From Octopus vulgaris (lineage: Eukaryota): a DNA stretch of 64,000 bases. The notes beneath the pieces were generated by a model that saw nothing but the letters and a program-made list of their open reading frames with translations, did no database searches and had not been told where the DNA came from. A program made the translations under genes and the position numbers. Positions 38,782 through 52,940 of the stretch are shown here, piece after piece (positions within the stretch are counted from its first letter, which is position 1; every line of letters starts with the position of its first letter). The stretch is taken from NCBI GenBank assembly GCA_951406725.2, contig OX597814.1, positions 158,720,001-158,784,000 of the forward strand. The letters are read 5' to 3'.

Positions 38782-39247
38782 AGATTTTATATTTAATATT
38801 TAGCTGAAAATAATAGATTTATATTATCAGGATCAAGGTGATTATAGCCAATCATTTCGAATAAAATAAATCTTACTTTCTTATAATTCGCCAGAATTGA
38901 TTTGTTTTTTGAAAATTTATTACTTAATACAACGACTTAAAATTCCATAGTTGTTATAAGAATAAACTGATGGTGTAGGTTATATTTTTTAAATCCGTAG
39001 AATGTAACTATGAATATGTAATAATATATTTCGTTCATTTCAAGCTGCAGGGGAGACTACTCCGAAATAACGATCCAAAGTCGTCCACCAGAAAATTTCT
39101 TTTCAAAACACACTACATTAGTGTCTTTAAAAGGAACACCTAAATAATGTGGTATCAGACACAGTATCAGACAAGAAGATTAAAAAAAGAGAAAGAGAGA
39201 GAAAGAAGAGAAGAATAATCACGGAAAAATGCCTTTGGTTATAAGTC

Positions 39248-39975
39248 GGTAAATTTCTGTATTAACATCCGCACGATTTTCACTAAGAAAAAACAAAAAA
39301 AACTCGGATTTTTTGCGTCGAATCAAGTACCCTGACCTCTAATATGCTGCAAATCCCTTATTTTGGCTCGGAAAAAAATGGGCGCCTCCCCCCCCCCTCA
39401 GTCCCGGAATCATTGAAATTCTTTTTTTTTTCGTTGAATGAAATCCTGTAACCTCCTAATATGCTACAAAACCCTTTTAAGGGGTTCGAAAAACGGGGTG
39501 GGGTGAGGTGGAAGCGTCGGAAATGTTACCCCGCTCCCCGGGCACACATCAATACCCATTGATATTTTCACCCGCGCGAGGGAATTGCAGAATATAGGGA
39601 GGTCAGGGTACTTGATTCCACGCCAAAAAATCCAATTTGTCTTTTCTTCAGTGAAAATCGTGTGGGTGAAAAGATCAATGGGGATGAGGGGTGAAATTTC
39701 CGAGGATACCACCTCACCCCACCCCGTTTTTCGGACCCCAAAAATCATTTTGTAGCATATTAGGAGGTCACAGAAATACATTAAAAAAAAAAAAAATTCT
39801 AATGATTTCGGAGTGGAGGGTTCCCCACTTGATCCCCCTTTTTTCCAAACCAAAATAAAGGTTTTACAGCATATTAGGTCAGGGTACTTGATTGTACTAG
39901 AAAAATCCGAGTTTTTTTGTTGTTGTTTTTTTTTTCTTTATGAAAATCATGCGACTGTTAATACAGAAATTTACC
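39248..39975. mobile_element. Non-autonomous foldback DNA transposon, Merlin-like
   Basis: 20-bp terminal IR GGTAAATTTCTGTATTAACA extending into ~300-bp imperfect arms; 8-bp TSD tataagtc/tacaagtc; GGNRM termini. Confidence 0.8.
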
Positions 39976-40931
39976 TACAAGTCTTCTCGTTCAGGACCAA
40001 GCAATTGAGATATATAATTTATTGTTATTGTTTAAGCCTTTCCTTAGAGAAAACAGTCTTTATATATTCTGTAATATCACACGAATAGCTTTTATAGAAC
40101 ATGATTATGATCAAAGACTTTTCACCCATAATTATACCATCTTTCATTGTGATATAAGATGGTAAGGAGTAAGTTTGGAGAAAGTTGGCAATTCTTTCTA
40201 GCAGGTGGGATGATCATGTATAGGTTTGCCTGTTTATTTGTAAACGTTTATATAAACGTTTGTTTGAAAAGATATTTCCATACACCGAATATTTATTAAC
40301 ACTCTTTTTTTTTTTATTGATCATAAATTATAACTTCTAGCTGCCATAAAATATATATCTTCTAGTATGATCTACACGAATTCTGGGTCATAAATATAAA
40401 AGGGTGTAAAAAGAAATATTCAAAAATTAATGGTTAGAATTTTACATGAATTAAATATACTAGATTTAATCACATAGTAAAATATTTACTTATCTAAGTG
40501 GTTGTTGATATCTTATAGACATTGATTTACAAATATTGCAAGCTGTCTCATTTCTTGTCCTATTGGGGTAGCCAAATATCCCCTCTAGAGTAAGACAGCT
40601 ATCTATGTCCCTCTGCTATTCTCTAATCTCTCATCTGGCTCACAGCCACTTCTATTGGTACTCCTCCCTTCCTCCTATTTAGTGACCCTGCTGGTGCCAC
40701 ATAAAACGCACTTGTGTTGGTACCACATAAAAAAAAGCAGCCAGTACACTAAAAAAAGTGGTGGGACTTAGGAAGGGCATCCAGCCATAGAAACCATACC
40801 AGAACAGACAAATGGAGGCTGGTATAGCTCTCCTGCATGCCAGCTTCTGCTGAACCATCCAACCCATGCCATCAAGAAAAATGAATGTTGATGATGATGA
40901 TGATACATGATGATATATATATATATATATA

Positions 40932-41501
40932 AGGGCGCTGAAATGCCAGCACCTATACACTAGAAAGAGACAACTTGCAATATTTGTTAATCAATTTCCA
41001 TAAAATGTCCACAACCTTTTAGATATATATATATATATATGTTTTGAACTCTTTGAAAATAAGTATAAACTAGGAATCTGGTTAAAGCTTCAAATATATT
41101 AATAAAACATATTTTAACAATTCTCAATGCATTTTCAACTTTTATTTTTCCAATATATCTACCCGTATGGAATAAAATAACTTTGTTTTCCATACATATA
41201 TATTCTTATAAATTGAGGATATAATCATTATAAGGATTCTATCTATGGCTATCATATAAAAAAATGACCATATTGGTAAAATTAATGCTTATACACTAGA
41301 AGTAGATGTCAAATACCTACAACCCACTCTAAATTTGTTCTCTATTTAAAACCCCAGGTTGAATGTGAGGTAATGAGCAGGAATATTTACAAAATTTTGG
41401 ATAATCCCATATCTTAAGATTTCATGCTCTAACAAATTTAGAGTGGATTGTAGGTATTTGACATCTACTTCTAGTGTTAGATGCTGGCATTCCAGTGCCC
41501 T
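40932..41501. mobile_element. MITE-like TIR element (TA or TTAA target)
   Basis: TIR aagggcgctgaaatgccagcaccta / tagatgctggcattccagtgccctt and an internal 47-bp IR (41293-41339 / 41431-41477, one mismatch). Confidence 0.75.
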
Positions 41502-43673
41502 TAATTATAACTATATTTTTATAATTATATACAGAGAAAGTGTGGGGAGTATGTACAGAACAAGCTTCAGAACTCAGAATTTGCTCTATATTGAAGTTGA
41601 TAACAATAGGATTGTGTTGTTTAGCTCTGAACTGACTCTGACAAAACAAAACTATAATAATAATAATAATATAATAATGAAATTATTGTATACAGTGCTC
41701 AGGTGCACCACAACGGCTCAGGTGCACCACAACAAATGAAAGTAAACAGTCAAGTGATGAGCATGCAGAATCATTAGGGTACCAAACAAAGTTTCTTCCG
41801 GTCTTTATGTTTTGAGTTCAAATTCTGCTGAGGTCAACTACGCCTTTCAGCCTTTAGTGCTAAAATTTGAAGCAATTTTATTTATCATATTTATTTATTT
41901 TTGTCTATTTGTAACCATTTTAAAGACAATATATTTCAATTATGAGAGCGAAATATCATTTTAGTAAAAATTGTTACTTACATTTTGCATGCTTCATGTG
42001 TATGTATGAATGTATAAATATGAATGTATCAATATGAGGAATGTGTGTGTGTGTGTGTGTGTGCGCACAAATGCGTATGTGTGTCAGTATGTGTGTGTCA
42101 GAATCAATGTACCCCAGACAACATTATCCAAGGTGTCATTTTTTGGGGGGCCAGTAGAAAATGACTTAAGAGAAATTTGGTTGCTATTTCTAGCAGATCA
42201 AGTGACACTGTAAAGACATCCTTTTAGTTATTGAGACTGAAAAATAGTTTTAAGAATTGACTTTCTAAATTGTGAAATCCTATAACATTGATTCAGTGTC
42301 TTTCATAAGAGTGGCACAGCCAGACCTCTGACTATAGATATGGAAGCAGATAAAATTCTTATTAATTATTTGATAAAATTAAGATGATGTTATGCGTTTT
42401 TAATTAATCCACCACTGAGGCAAAGAAAGAAGAATTATATAAATGCAACCTCAATTTTGTCTTCTCATACATAAAGAAGAAGGTGGTTAATCAACATTAC
42501 TCTGTAAGAGGCACAGGGCCAGTTCCCCAGTTTCTCTGGTGTACGTATATCTTCCTCCTGGATGGGACACTATCCTGTCACAGGATTATTTACTTACAGA
42601 TGAGTGGACTGGAGCAGCATGAAATGAAGTGTTTTGCTCAAGAACACCACATGCTGCCTGGTCTGGGAATCGAACTCATGATCTAGCAGTTGTGAGAGCA
42701 ACAACCTAACCACTAAGCCATATGCCTTCTCAATGAAGGTGAGGGCAACAAATTTTACTGGTTTATTAGCAAGAATGTTAGTATTTGTCCCTTTGAGAAC
42801 TACTGAACTAATCTACATATTTTGTAGAAATTATTTATTTCATCACTTATATTTATACTTACCATAGTAATACAGATAAAATTGTTTGCAAATATATATT
42901 TATTTTATTGTTTTAGTTCCCTTTTAAGATCTAAAACAGATACAGTATAGCTGAATCATTACAAAGTTCACATTCCAGCCCATGAGATCCCAGATTTGAT
43001 CCCCTGCATGGTATTTTGTTATTTCGAATAACCTCAGGTTGGCCAACACTTTGTGAGTGAAACTGTATGTGTACAATCTACCCATTGTAATACAAAAGTT
43101 AAGCCTTGTCACACACTATGTATGCTCATTCTGCCTGAGAATTCAGTAAAAGATGCTGTAAGTGTCTATGGAATATTCAGCCACTTACACATTAATATAG
43201 GAGCAAGTAATCTAGTTGAATCTTCATCCTCAAAGGATGGAATTTCACTACCACCAAAGATTCAAAAGGCTAGTAAATAAGGAAAAAGCTTGGCAAATTG
43301 TTTCCTGAAATATTAGATTCAAAATTTTGGCACAAGGCCAGCAAGTTCGGGAAGGGGATAAGTCGATTACATCAACCCCAGAGTTCAACTGGTACTTATT
43401 TTCTCGACTTTGAAAGGATGGAGGGCAAAGTCGAACTCAGTAGAATTTGAACTAAGAACATAAAAACAGACAAAAAGTTGCTAAGCATTTTGCCAGTTCA
43501 CTGACTTCTTGAAATATTGCTTCATTAAATATATAGAAAAATATATTTAACATGAGTATATTTTCACTACCATGTAATGGAATATTAGAAAACCTCACAG
43601 AAAGCCTTATAAGTATTTATGAAATAGAAAAAGGTGAATCAATGAAGAACATATAGCTTAGAGGACTAATTAA

Positions 43674-43871
43674 CCCTTTTGTTACTGTATTTATTTTGAG
43701 ATGCTCTGTGTTTCTTTCAATTACTTTAAATATAACAAAGAATTTAGTAAAATAACTTAGTTATCATTAAGTTAGGAACATAAATTGTGATTAAAGTTTG
43801 GTGGAAGATATTAATTCAAAACTTATGAAAACAAGATATTTGTACTCAGAGTCGAGTTGGAAACGAAAGAG
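43674..43871. mobile_element. piggyBac-type MITE, family 1
   Basis: TTAA|cccttttgttac ... aacgaaagag|TTAA; reverse-complement match to 57741-57961. Confidence 0.8.
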
Positions 43872-44334
43872 TTAAACATGATAAATTTTAGATACATTAA
43901 TTATAATAATGGGGGTTTTTTTACGATCAGACGTTCTTTGAGTCAAATGTGTACCAGTGCAAATTTGTAGCAACTAAATTATTTAAATAACACTCTGATT
44001 ACAGTCAAGTACAAATAACATTGCAAAGAAACCTCTACATAGTATATCAACCAGTCAGAAATAGTAACCAAACCTCCTTTTAAATCCCACCCTGATGGGA
44101 TATGTGGATAAATTTAAACCAAGAGATACACCAACAGATCTTAAAATAAGATGGAAGAAAGGTTCACAGCTGGATGCTTTTAATCTTAGGTTTGTTCATT
44201 CATGGATGACCTGATGCTAAGCAATAACTGAAACATATGACATTGAGAGTCAACCTTTTACATTAAGCTATCAACTATAACATATGTGGTAAGGTTTGCA
44301 TGTCTGAAATAATTTAATCATTTTCATTTGTTAT

Positions 44335-44404
<70 letters not shown>

Positions 44405-44410
44405 ATATAA

Positions 44411-44800
44411 GTGCAGGAGTGGGTGCATGGTAAACAGCTTGCTTACCAACCACATGGTTCTGGGTTCAGTCCCACTACATGGCACCTTGGGCAAATGCCT
44501 TCTGCTATAGCTTCAAGCCAACCAGAGCCTTGTGAGTGGATTTGGTAGACGGAAACTGAAAGAAGCCCATCATATATATATATGTGTGTGTGTGTCTATG
44601 TGTGTGTGTGTGTGAGAGAGAGTGTGTATTTGTTACCCCAACATTGCTTGACAAACGATGGTGGTGTGTTTCGGCAAAAGAGACTGATAGAATAAGTACT
44701 GGGCTTACAAAGAATAATCCCTGGGGTCGATTTTCTCCACTAAAGGCAGTGCTCCAGCATGGCTACAGTCAAATGACTGAAACAAGTAAAAGAATACAAG
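44411..44800 (+). mobile_element. SINE family B
   Basis: Colinear with 47634-48039. Confidence 0.85.
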
Positions 44801-45289
44801 AATATATATATGTGCATATGCGTGTATCTTTATATAGATGTATGCATATATATACATGTATATATATATATATAATTTTCTATCGTCTTGGTTTAACAAC
44901 CCTCACCATTTGTTTTTACTGTTTTATTCTCACTGCCCTGTTATTGTTACCTGCAAAAAATCCCAAATTTTATTAATTTGTTTTTCAGGAAGGACTGTTT
45001 TAACAAAGTTGCATATTGTCCTTGCCTTTGAAACACAGAGTAGATGAAACAGAGACAACTGAAAAAGGTAAATATTCTTTATGTTGCATGTCTCATTTCT
45101 CTGTTTGTTTTTTTCCTTGTTCAAAGAAAAGTTTGTTTCTATGTTTTTGTTTTTATGCTTTCATTTCTTGTTGTGTTCAACGTTTCTTTGATGTCCTGTA
45201 CCCATATAGGCATGTATATATACATATATATGTAGGTATGTACATATATGTTTGTATATATGCATATATGTATATATTATGTATATTAT

Positions 45290-45356
<67 letters not shown>

Positions 45357-46219
45357 CGTTACCAACATTGCCTTATTGGCACCTGTGCTGGTGGCATGTG
45401 TAAAAAGATTCAAGTAAGGTCATTGCCAGTACCGCCTGACTGGCCCCCATGCCAGTGGCACATAAAAAGCACCCACTACACTCAGCCAAATCAAGATTGG
45501 AGCCTGGTGCAGCCATCTGGTTCGCCAGCCCTCTGTCAAAATTGTCCAAACCATGCTAGCATAGAAAGCAGACGTTAAACAAATGATATATATATATTTT
45601 CTACCTTACACATACATACATAAAAATATGTATGTATGCATATGAAATTTGTAGTGTTTATTGTAATGCAATAACTCAAATGCAGAAAATTAAAAACAAT
45701 TAATTAATTTTTATCAAGCTATATAATTGTTTCAGATGTGGCTTATGCATAATTTGTATTTCTTCTTGATTAAAACCTGAAATTTCAAAGCAAATAGATA
45801 AATTTACAACCCACATAGTTCTGCTATAAGAATAAAGAATCTATGTACATACACTCAAATATGTGCTTGTGCATGCACATATGCATGCACACACACACAC
45901 ACACGCACACACACATACATGCATGCACACACAAACATACATAGGATGATTATTGACATGAAACCTACAAAATGTAAGTTTTAATTTTTGCCAAAATGAT
46001 TTCTTCTCTCTAATAATTGAAATATCATATTGTCTTCAAAAGGGTTAGAAACTTCAGAAGACACTTGATATTGCTGTTCTTGATTAGTGCTTCTCAAAAG
46101 AACCCTGCTGTTTTTGTTAATTAGTTGTTGCTCAGCACTCATCAAGCAAATCAATACTGAAAGAATATAATAATCATATCCAGGCCATATTTTCTCACAT
46201 ATGCTGTACTCCAGATTAT

Positions 46220-46770
46220 AGTATATCTGGAGATATGCTGTGACTGCGAAGGCCCGACAAATAATGTGAGTTTATGGCTGTTTCCTGCACCAGCTTCACA
46301 TAGAAGCCCCAGCCCATCCAAAGTACCTTGGCTTGCAGGACGGCCTGCTGTGCTTACCTTGGATCGTAGGGTGACCTGCTGTGCTTGAGGAGACCATTGA
46401 GTTAAGTACATCAACATCAAAAAATCAAATGGAAATTGTAGTTGTGATACATGTGCCAGTAGCACGTAAAAAGCACTATCCGAACGTGGTCAATATCAGC
46501 GCCACCATGACTGGCTTCCGTGCCCGTGGCACGTAAAAGCACCATCTGTTCATGGCCGTTGCCAACCTCCCCTGGCACCTGTGCCGGTGGCACGTAAAAA
46601 GCACCCACTACACTCATGGAGTGGTTGGCATTAGGAAGGGCATGCAGCTATAGAAACACTGCCAGATCAGACTAGAGCCTGGTGTAGCCTCCTGGCTTCC
46701 CAGACCCCAGTTGAACCGTCCAACCCATGCTAGCATGGAAAGTGGACGCTAAACGATGATGATGATGATG
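46220..46770 (+). mobile_element. RTE-derived 3'-tail repeat ending in (GAT)n
   Basis: Internal subrepeats ..ggcacgtaaaagcacc.. and tail gtccaacccatgctagcatggaaa..taaacgatgatgat. Related copies at about 7775-7990 (-), 8515-8700, 13195-13830 (-), 32960-33175, 36640-37060, 40690-40905, 45355-45585 and 51575-51805 (-). Confidence 0.75.
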
Positions 46771-47527
46771 AATATGTGTTCTTTCTTTAAATTCATAGAA
46801 TGTAATCATAATGAGATTTGGCTGCTATTTCTAGCATAATGAGCAGTGATTCCCAAAGCGGCATACACATATCCCTAGGAGTAGACAGGAGAAATTGTGC
46901 TTGTAAAATTTGTAAAAACTCTGGAATTTATCTACATTTAAATGGTGTATCCTTAGCTCTTTCAGAAACATTTTCTCATGCTCAGAATTCTCAAAGCATG
47001 GAGTAAACCATTAAAATTGATAGTCTGTTGCTAAGTCACTGCATCCTTCAAAAATTCAATGCTTCTCAAAATCTACCAACTTTGCTCCTGACATATCTGT
47101 ATATCATTTTGTCTTTATGGCTCTTCAACTGTTTACTTTTCTGTCTTTTTGTGTCTTATTCTGTGTACTATACATGCACTTTAAGCTGTCATTGTGTCTT
47201 ACTTTACTTAACTCATTAATAACTTCTGTCCTCTCTTGTGATCTTCTCTAACAAGTTGCAGTGCATCTGAGCACAGTATACAATAAGCTTATTATTATCA
47301 TTATTATTATTATTATTTCACTAGCATATCCAGGCAAAATGCTTAGCGGTATTTCGTCTGTCATCACGTTCTGAGTTCAAATGCTACCAGGGTCAACTTT
47401 GCTTTTCATTCTTTCCGAGTCAATAAATTAAGTACCAGTTACACACTGGGGTCGATATAATCGAACTAATCCCTTCCCCCAAATTTGAGGCTTTGTGCTT
47501 CCATTAGAAAGGATTATTATTATTATA

Positions 47528-47605
<78 letters not shown>

Positions 47606-47633
47606 TATGTTAGAAAAATTTCATGAAATTCAT

Positions 47634-48039
47634 GCGTAGGAGTGGTTGTGTTGTAAGTATCTTGCTTACGAACTACATGATTCCAGGTTCAGTCTCACTG
47701 CTCGGCACCTTGGGCAAGTGTCTTCTACTATAGCCTCGGGCCAACCAAAGCGTTGTGAGTGAATTTGGTAGGCGGAAACTGAAAGAAGCCTGTCGTATAT
47801 ATATGTATATTTATATATATATATGTGTGTGTGTGTATATGTTTGTGCGTCTGTGTTTGGCCCTCCAACATCGCTTGACAACTGATGCTGGTGTGTTTAC
47901 GTCCCGTAACTTAACAGTTCGACAAAAGATACTGATAGAATAAGTACTAGCCTCACAAATAATGGGATCGATGCGCTCAACTAAAGGCAGTGCTCCAGCA
48001 TGGCCACAGTCAAATGACTGAAACAAGTAAAAGAGTAAA
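47634..48039 (+). mobile_element. tRNA-derived CORE-type SINE family B, full length
   Basis: Pol III boxes (tggttgtgttgtaag; ggttcagtc), CORE-like ccttgggcaagtgtcttct, an internal (TA)n/(TG)n tract and tail ..aatgactgaaacaagtaaaaga. Confidence 0.85.
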
Positions 48040-49138
48040 TAGATTGTTTGAAATTTTTGACTTCCGAATATAATTAATAAGAAACTATACATTGTCCAAC
48101 CATTTTACAATGTATTCAAAGTGTAAGCTACAAGAAAACATTTGGGAACCACACCACTAATACAGAGACTCAATTATTGGCTCATAAGACCCTCTTGTAG
48201 ATTTATTTGTATCTTATATGTTATTAGTTGTCTTTCATGAAATTATCCTTGAAAAATAAAAGTATATTTTTAAGAAAGATATATCTTATTCATGAAAAAA
48301 TTTTCTTATTAAAATAAAAATTTTATTTTATTAAACCAATTTTTTAAAAAAATTGCTGTGGATTTTTTATGATATGCAGAGCAAATATACAAAAAGTCGA
48401 TTATAGTAACACTGATATACAAAATTTCTTTTTGCAAAGTATTAAGATTCTAACTAAGTCTTTATCATTTCTTACAGTACATCTGCTCTGTCTGTAACTT
48501 GACCTTTGATTCTGTTTTGATATGAAAATATAAAATTTTAGTTAGAGCAACAGTGCATGAGCTACCTGAAAGAACCTTTTTACAGTTTGGCACTCGAGAG
48601 AATTTTCTTTTAAACCACAAAGATAAAACGAGCATAAAATTTAGTTTAGTAGTAACAGAGTGGTTGAACAACTGAGACACGCCACATATATATATATAAA
48701 TATATATCATTATCATCATCATCATTGTATGTCCACCTTCCATGCTAGCATGGGTGGAAATATATATGTATGTATGTTTGTATGTATGTATGTATTGTAT
48801 TGTATTGTATGCATGTATGTATATATATGTGTGTGTATGTATGTACGTTTATATTTAGACATATATCATGTAATTCAGTTTTTCATTTACTTCGTTGCTA
48901 CTCAACTAAATGGTTTATTTGTTATTATTATTTAAAGTAATCTCACATACAAGATGATGACTAAATATAATGGTTAATTTTTCTATGTTTATGTATAAAT
49001 GCATGTGTGTGTATCTGGAAATATATGGAGACATACACACACATACACACATACAGTCATGCACATATAAATACATACGCATGCATAAAGGACTGTATTG
49101 TATATGTACATATAAATGTCTGTGTGTGTGTTTATATA

Positions 49139-49174
<36 letters not shown>

Positions 49175-49379
49175 CTAGTCACTTTAATGACATCTATACT
49201 TCTGCCTTTTGGTTATAAATTGTGAATAAGCCACCTTCATTAATTTATATAGATATATATATATATACACATATATGTATGTATGTATGCACATATATGC
49301 ATCAGGTTTTATTCATGAATATTTTATGTACCATTTGGTTATCCCAATTTAAATAAGTAACTTGCTGTGAATTACTGTC

Positions 49380-50760
49380 TGGTCTCACTAGCCTTTCATA
49401 TCACTAAAGCATTTGATGTGGCGAAATTAAAACTAACTACTTTCCTGGAAAACAATTAACTTCTTGATTTCTACCAACATGATTTTAATAGTGGGATAGA
49501 CTACCTAACACAGTTCTTTTATCACTGTAATGGTGTCTTAAATGCTTTGTGAGAGGGCTACAAAACAGATGTCATTTATCTAACTCCAGTAAAACTTTTA
49601 ACAGGGGTAACCACAGAATTTTGCAGCATGAATGATCCAACATCAAAGTTTGTGGTAAACTACTGCAGTGGAATAAAATGTTTCCTGACAACTGAGCACT
49701 GTATACAATAATTTCATCATTATTATTATTATCATTTTATTATTTTACATAGAATCCAACATTGTGGGATCAATGATATTTACTTAAGACACCATAAATT
49801 ATTAGCGCTGTCCCCGCATGGCACTGTGTTAGGCCAACTTTTATTTATCATTTACATAAATGTTGCTGGAAGTGCCATTATACATAGTAAAAAAATGTTT
49901 ACTGATATGTCTGAGCTTCAGACTGTCATCATAGGGATATGTGACTGAACAGAGCTTCAATTTAGTTGATTCACTGGGATTTGATGATCAACAAAAATAA
50001 CATGCTGGAAAATGAGAAAAAAATTTACCTTATCCATAGTGGAAAAGATAATATTCTTAACAGCCATATTCTTTTTCCTTAAATGAGATCCTCATAGCAT
50101 CAAATAATATCAGAGATTTAGGTATAACTGTGAACAACAACTTAGCTGGAATGTGTATGATAATGAAGTCAAAATGGCCTGTAGAATGTGCTCATGAATC
50201 ATTAGAACTTTCTAGTTCTAATTTTGATGCCATCATTCTTCTCTTTTTTCCATTTGCCATGATTCAGATTGAATATTGCCCAGTATGGTCTCTGTGCACA
50301 AAGCAAACCACTATGAGGATTGAAGCCTTCTTCCCACTTCCCAAATCACTCACAGGCTGATCTCAAAACAAATGATAATTTGCATTACATAGCCATTTGT
50401 TTGACTATTGGCTTTGCCTCAAAAAGCTCAAACGTTATTCTCTTCAATGTTACCATGAATGTACCTTATTTATACAATATGAAAAATATCCTATTGATAT
50501 TGACAATATGAAGCCAGTAGGAATTTCACAAGTCACATAAGGTGTGTTCCCCATTGCTATATGCCATCTACAAAAATTGAGCTCACAATACATAACAACA
50601 CTGTGACACAACAGCTTATCTCAGCTGATCCTAAGTTATTCAATATTTTCCCAAAAGAAATCAATGTAAAAGACACTATAATATTCAGATGGTACCTGGA
50701 TAAATTCATCCAAGAAATACCAGACAAACCACTGACCCTGAATATATCTCAACAAAGAAC
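49380..50760 (+). pseudogene. Old degraded CR1/L2-group LINE RT fragment
   Basis: Remnant motifs QHDF, TDVIYL, GKLLQW, VPHGTVLGQLLFIIYIN and MFTD, plus a C-terminal PKLFNIFPKE..LDKFIQEIPDKP. Many stops and frameshifts. Confidence 0.75.
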
Positions 50761-50929
50761 ACTTAAGTGGGCTCTGATGCCCTAAAGCATGACTTAAAGA
50801 CTACCCCACAATGATTAGCACACTTGGTGCTAGTAGACTAATAATGACCAAATCCTATTGAAGTTATCTAAGCTGTGGATTTGGTAAATGGAAACTGAAA
50901 AGAAGCCCATTGTATATGTATATGTATAT

Positions 50930-51412
50930 AGAAACACTTGCTTCGGATCAAGGTGGATGGTGAACAAAAGTGTGGAGTGGAGTGAAGGCATTTGAAGAGG
51001 CCAGAATAACACAGGTAAAACTCAAAAGAGATCGAGAAAATGAATGACAATGACCTTTTTGTGTGCACAGTCGATGACAGACTATGCTTGTCTTTTACTG
51101 GCATCAAATCTCATCTGCGAATACATGGAAAACAAACCTCCACCAACTATTCTGCCTATATGTCTGTGCACACCTTTCAATGCAGTGCATGCCAGAAGGT
51201 TTGCAAATCCAACAAAGGCCTCAAGAAACATTTTAAGATCCACAAAGAGCAGAACTTATCTGCAGCTCTTGGTGGTCCAAATCAGAGGTGCAATCTATGT
51301 GGGTGTCTTTTCAGAACATTGCCTGGTTTAGAAAAACCACATCAGATGCTATGATGGTCATGAGGTGTAGGTACAGGAGGTGGTCAAACTCTGCATAAGG
51401 AGTAGACAACCA
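50930..51412 (+). mobile_element. RTE/BovB-like LINE 3' end with three C2H2 zinc fingers (pseudogenised)
   Basis: ETLASDQGGW*TKVWSGVKAFEEARI is followed by CTV(D)..GIKSHLRIH, CSACQKVCKSNKGLKKHFKIH and CNLCGCLFRTLPGL(frameshift), then a short 3'UTR and (AT)n. Confidence 0.75.
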
Positions 51413-51449
51413 CAATATATATATATATTTGTGTGTGTGTATGTGTGTG

Positions 51450-51499
<50 letters not shown>

Positions 51500-52757
51500 T
51501 ATATACATATATATACGTATATGTATATAAATGCATGTGAATGTGTGTGTCTGTGTGTATAAATTATATGTATCATCATCGTCATCGTCATCATTTAACA
51601 CTCGTTGTCCTTGCTTCATGGGTTGGATGGTTTGACAGAGCTGGCTAACTGGAGAGCTGCTCCAGTCTGCTTTGACATGGTTTCTACAACTGTACGCCCT
51701 TCCTAACATTAACCACTTTACAGAGTATGCTGGGTGCTTTTACATGGCACCACACATGAGCTTTTATGTGGCACTGGCAGAAGTGTTTTTTATGTCACAC
51801 CAGCACATACATACATATATAAATACATATATATATATATATACATATATATATACATTATATATATATAAGTAATAATCGAAAACATATTTGTGTGTGT
51901 GTGTGTGTGTGTAAAGATATGCAAGTGTCCTTACTAATGTGAAAAAAGTACCCAAGGCACTTAGTAGTGCTAATATGTTTATTGAACTCTGAGATGTCAT
52001 AATAATGCTACATAGTGTTTATCATGACCATTAGCCTTACAACACTATATTATATTATATTTCATGCGACTATGTGTGCATGTATGTATAGATAGATACA
52101 AATTGCATTGAAACAATTTTATGGAATTTTAATAAAGCCTGTTCAATCCATCTCATATTAAGATATTTTTTTACATATTTATATATATTTGTGTGTGTGT
52201 ATGTAATATCTATATATATATCACGTGACCATCGTCCATCTTTCTTTTTCTCATGTGATCATCTTTCTTTTCCTTCAGTGCTGTCTTAGAGTCTACACGT
52301 ATCTTATCTGTGTCTCTCTTCTATCTTTTCTCTTGTCAAAGACAATATTTCTCCAGTGTTCGCTACTTTACCTCGTCTGGTCTAATGACCCTCCATGTTT
52401 GTTTTCGTTCAGTTTCCTTGTATGTCTCCATTGTCCTGTTTTTGTTACCAAATTTGACCCTACACAAATCCCAATTTTACTTTTGTTTTTGCGGAAGCAA
52501 CTGTCTTCGAAGTCTCATATTGTTGTTCAATACTCAAAATGAGGAGTAGATGGACAGCTGACAACTAATGAAGGGTCATTCTTTATGATATTTGTCCCAT
52601 TTTCCATTTGTTTCTCTCATTATTTGCGTACTCAACTCATTTGTTTTTGTATTTCATGCTGTTTACAGTTTCTGACGTCCTGTGCCCATATATGCATATG
52701 TGTGTGTGTGTGTGTGTGTGTGTATGCATGTGTGTTTGTGTATGTACATATATGTAT

Positions 52758-52799
<42 letters not shown>

Positions 52800-52839
52800 A
52801 TATTATTTATGTTATTATATATCATTATTATTATTATTA

Positions 52840-52894
<55 letters not shown>

Positions 52895-52940
52895 CATTAT
52901 TATCACTATTATTATTATTATTATTATCATTATTATGATG

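Noticed and set aside
46440-46610. Regularly spaced ggcacgtaaaagcac repeats resembling a CRISPR array
   Set aside because: Eukaryotic context with degenerate subrepeats inside a retroelement 3'UTR and no cas genes.
45025-52576. Possible type-II hammerhead layout (GAAA..GTA..CTGANRA) at 45025-45067 and 52532-52576
   Set aside because: Stem I does not pair convincingly and both cores are mutated, so it cannot be supported without a consensus.
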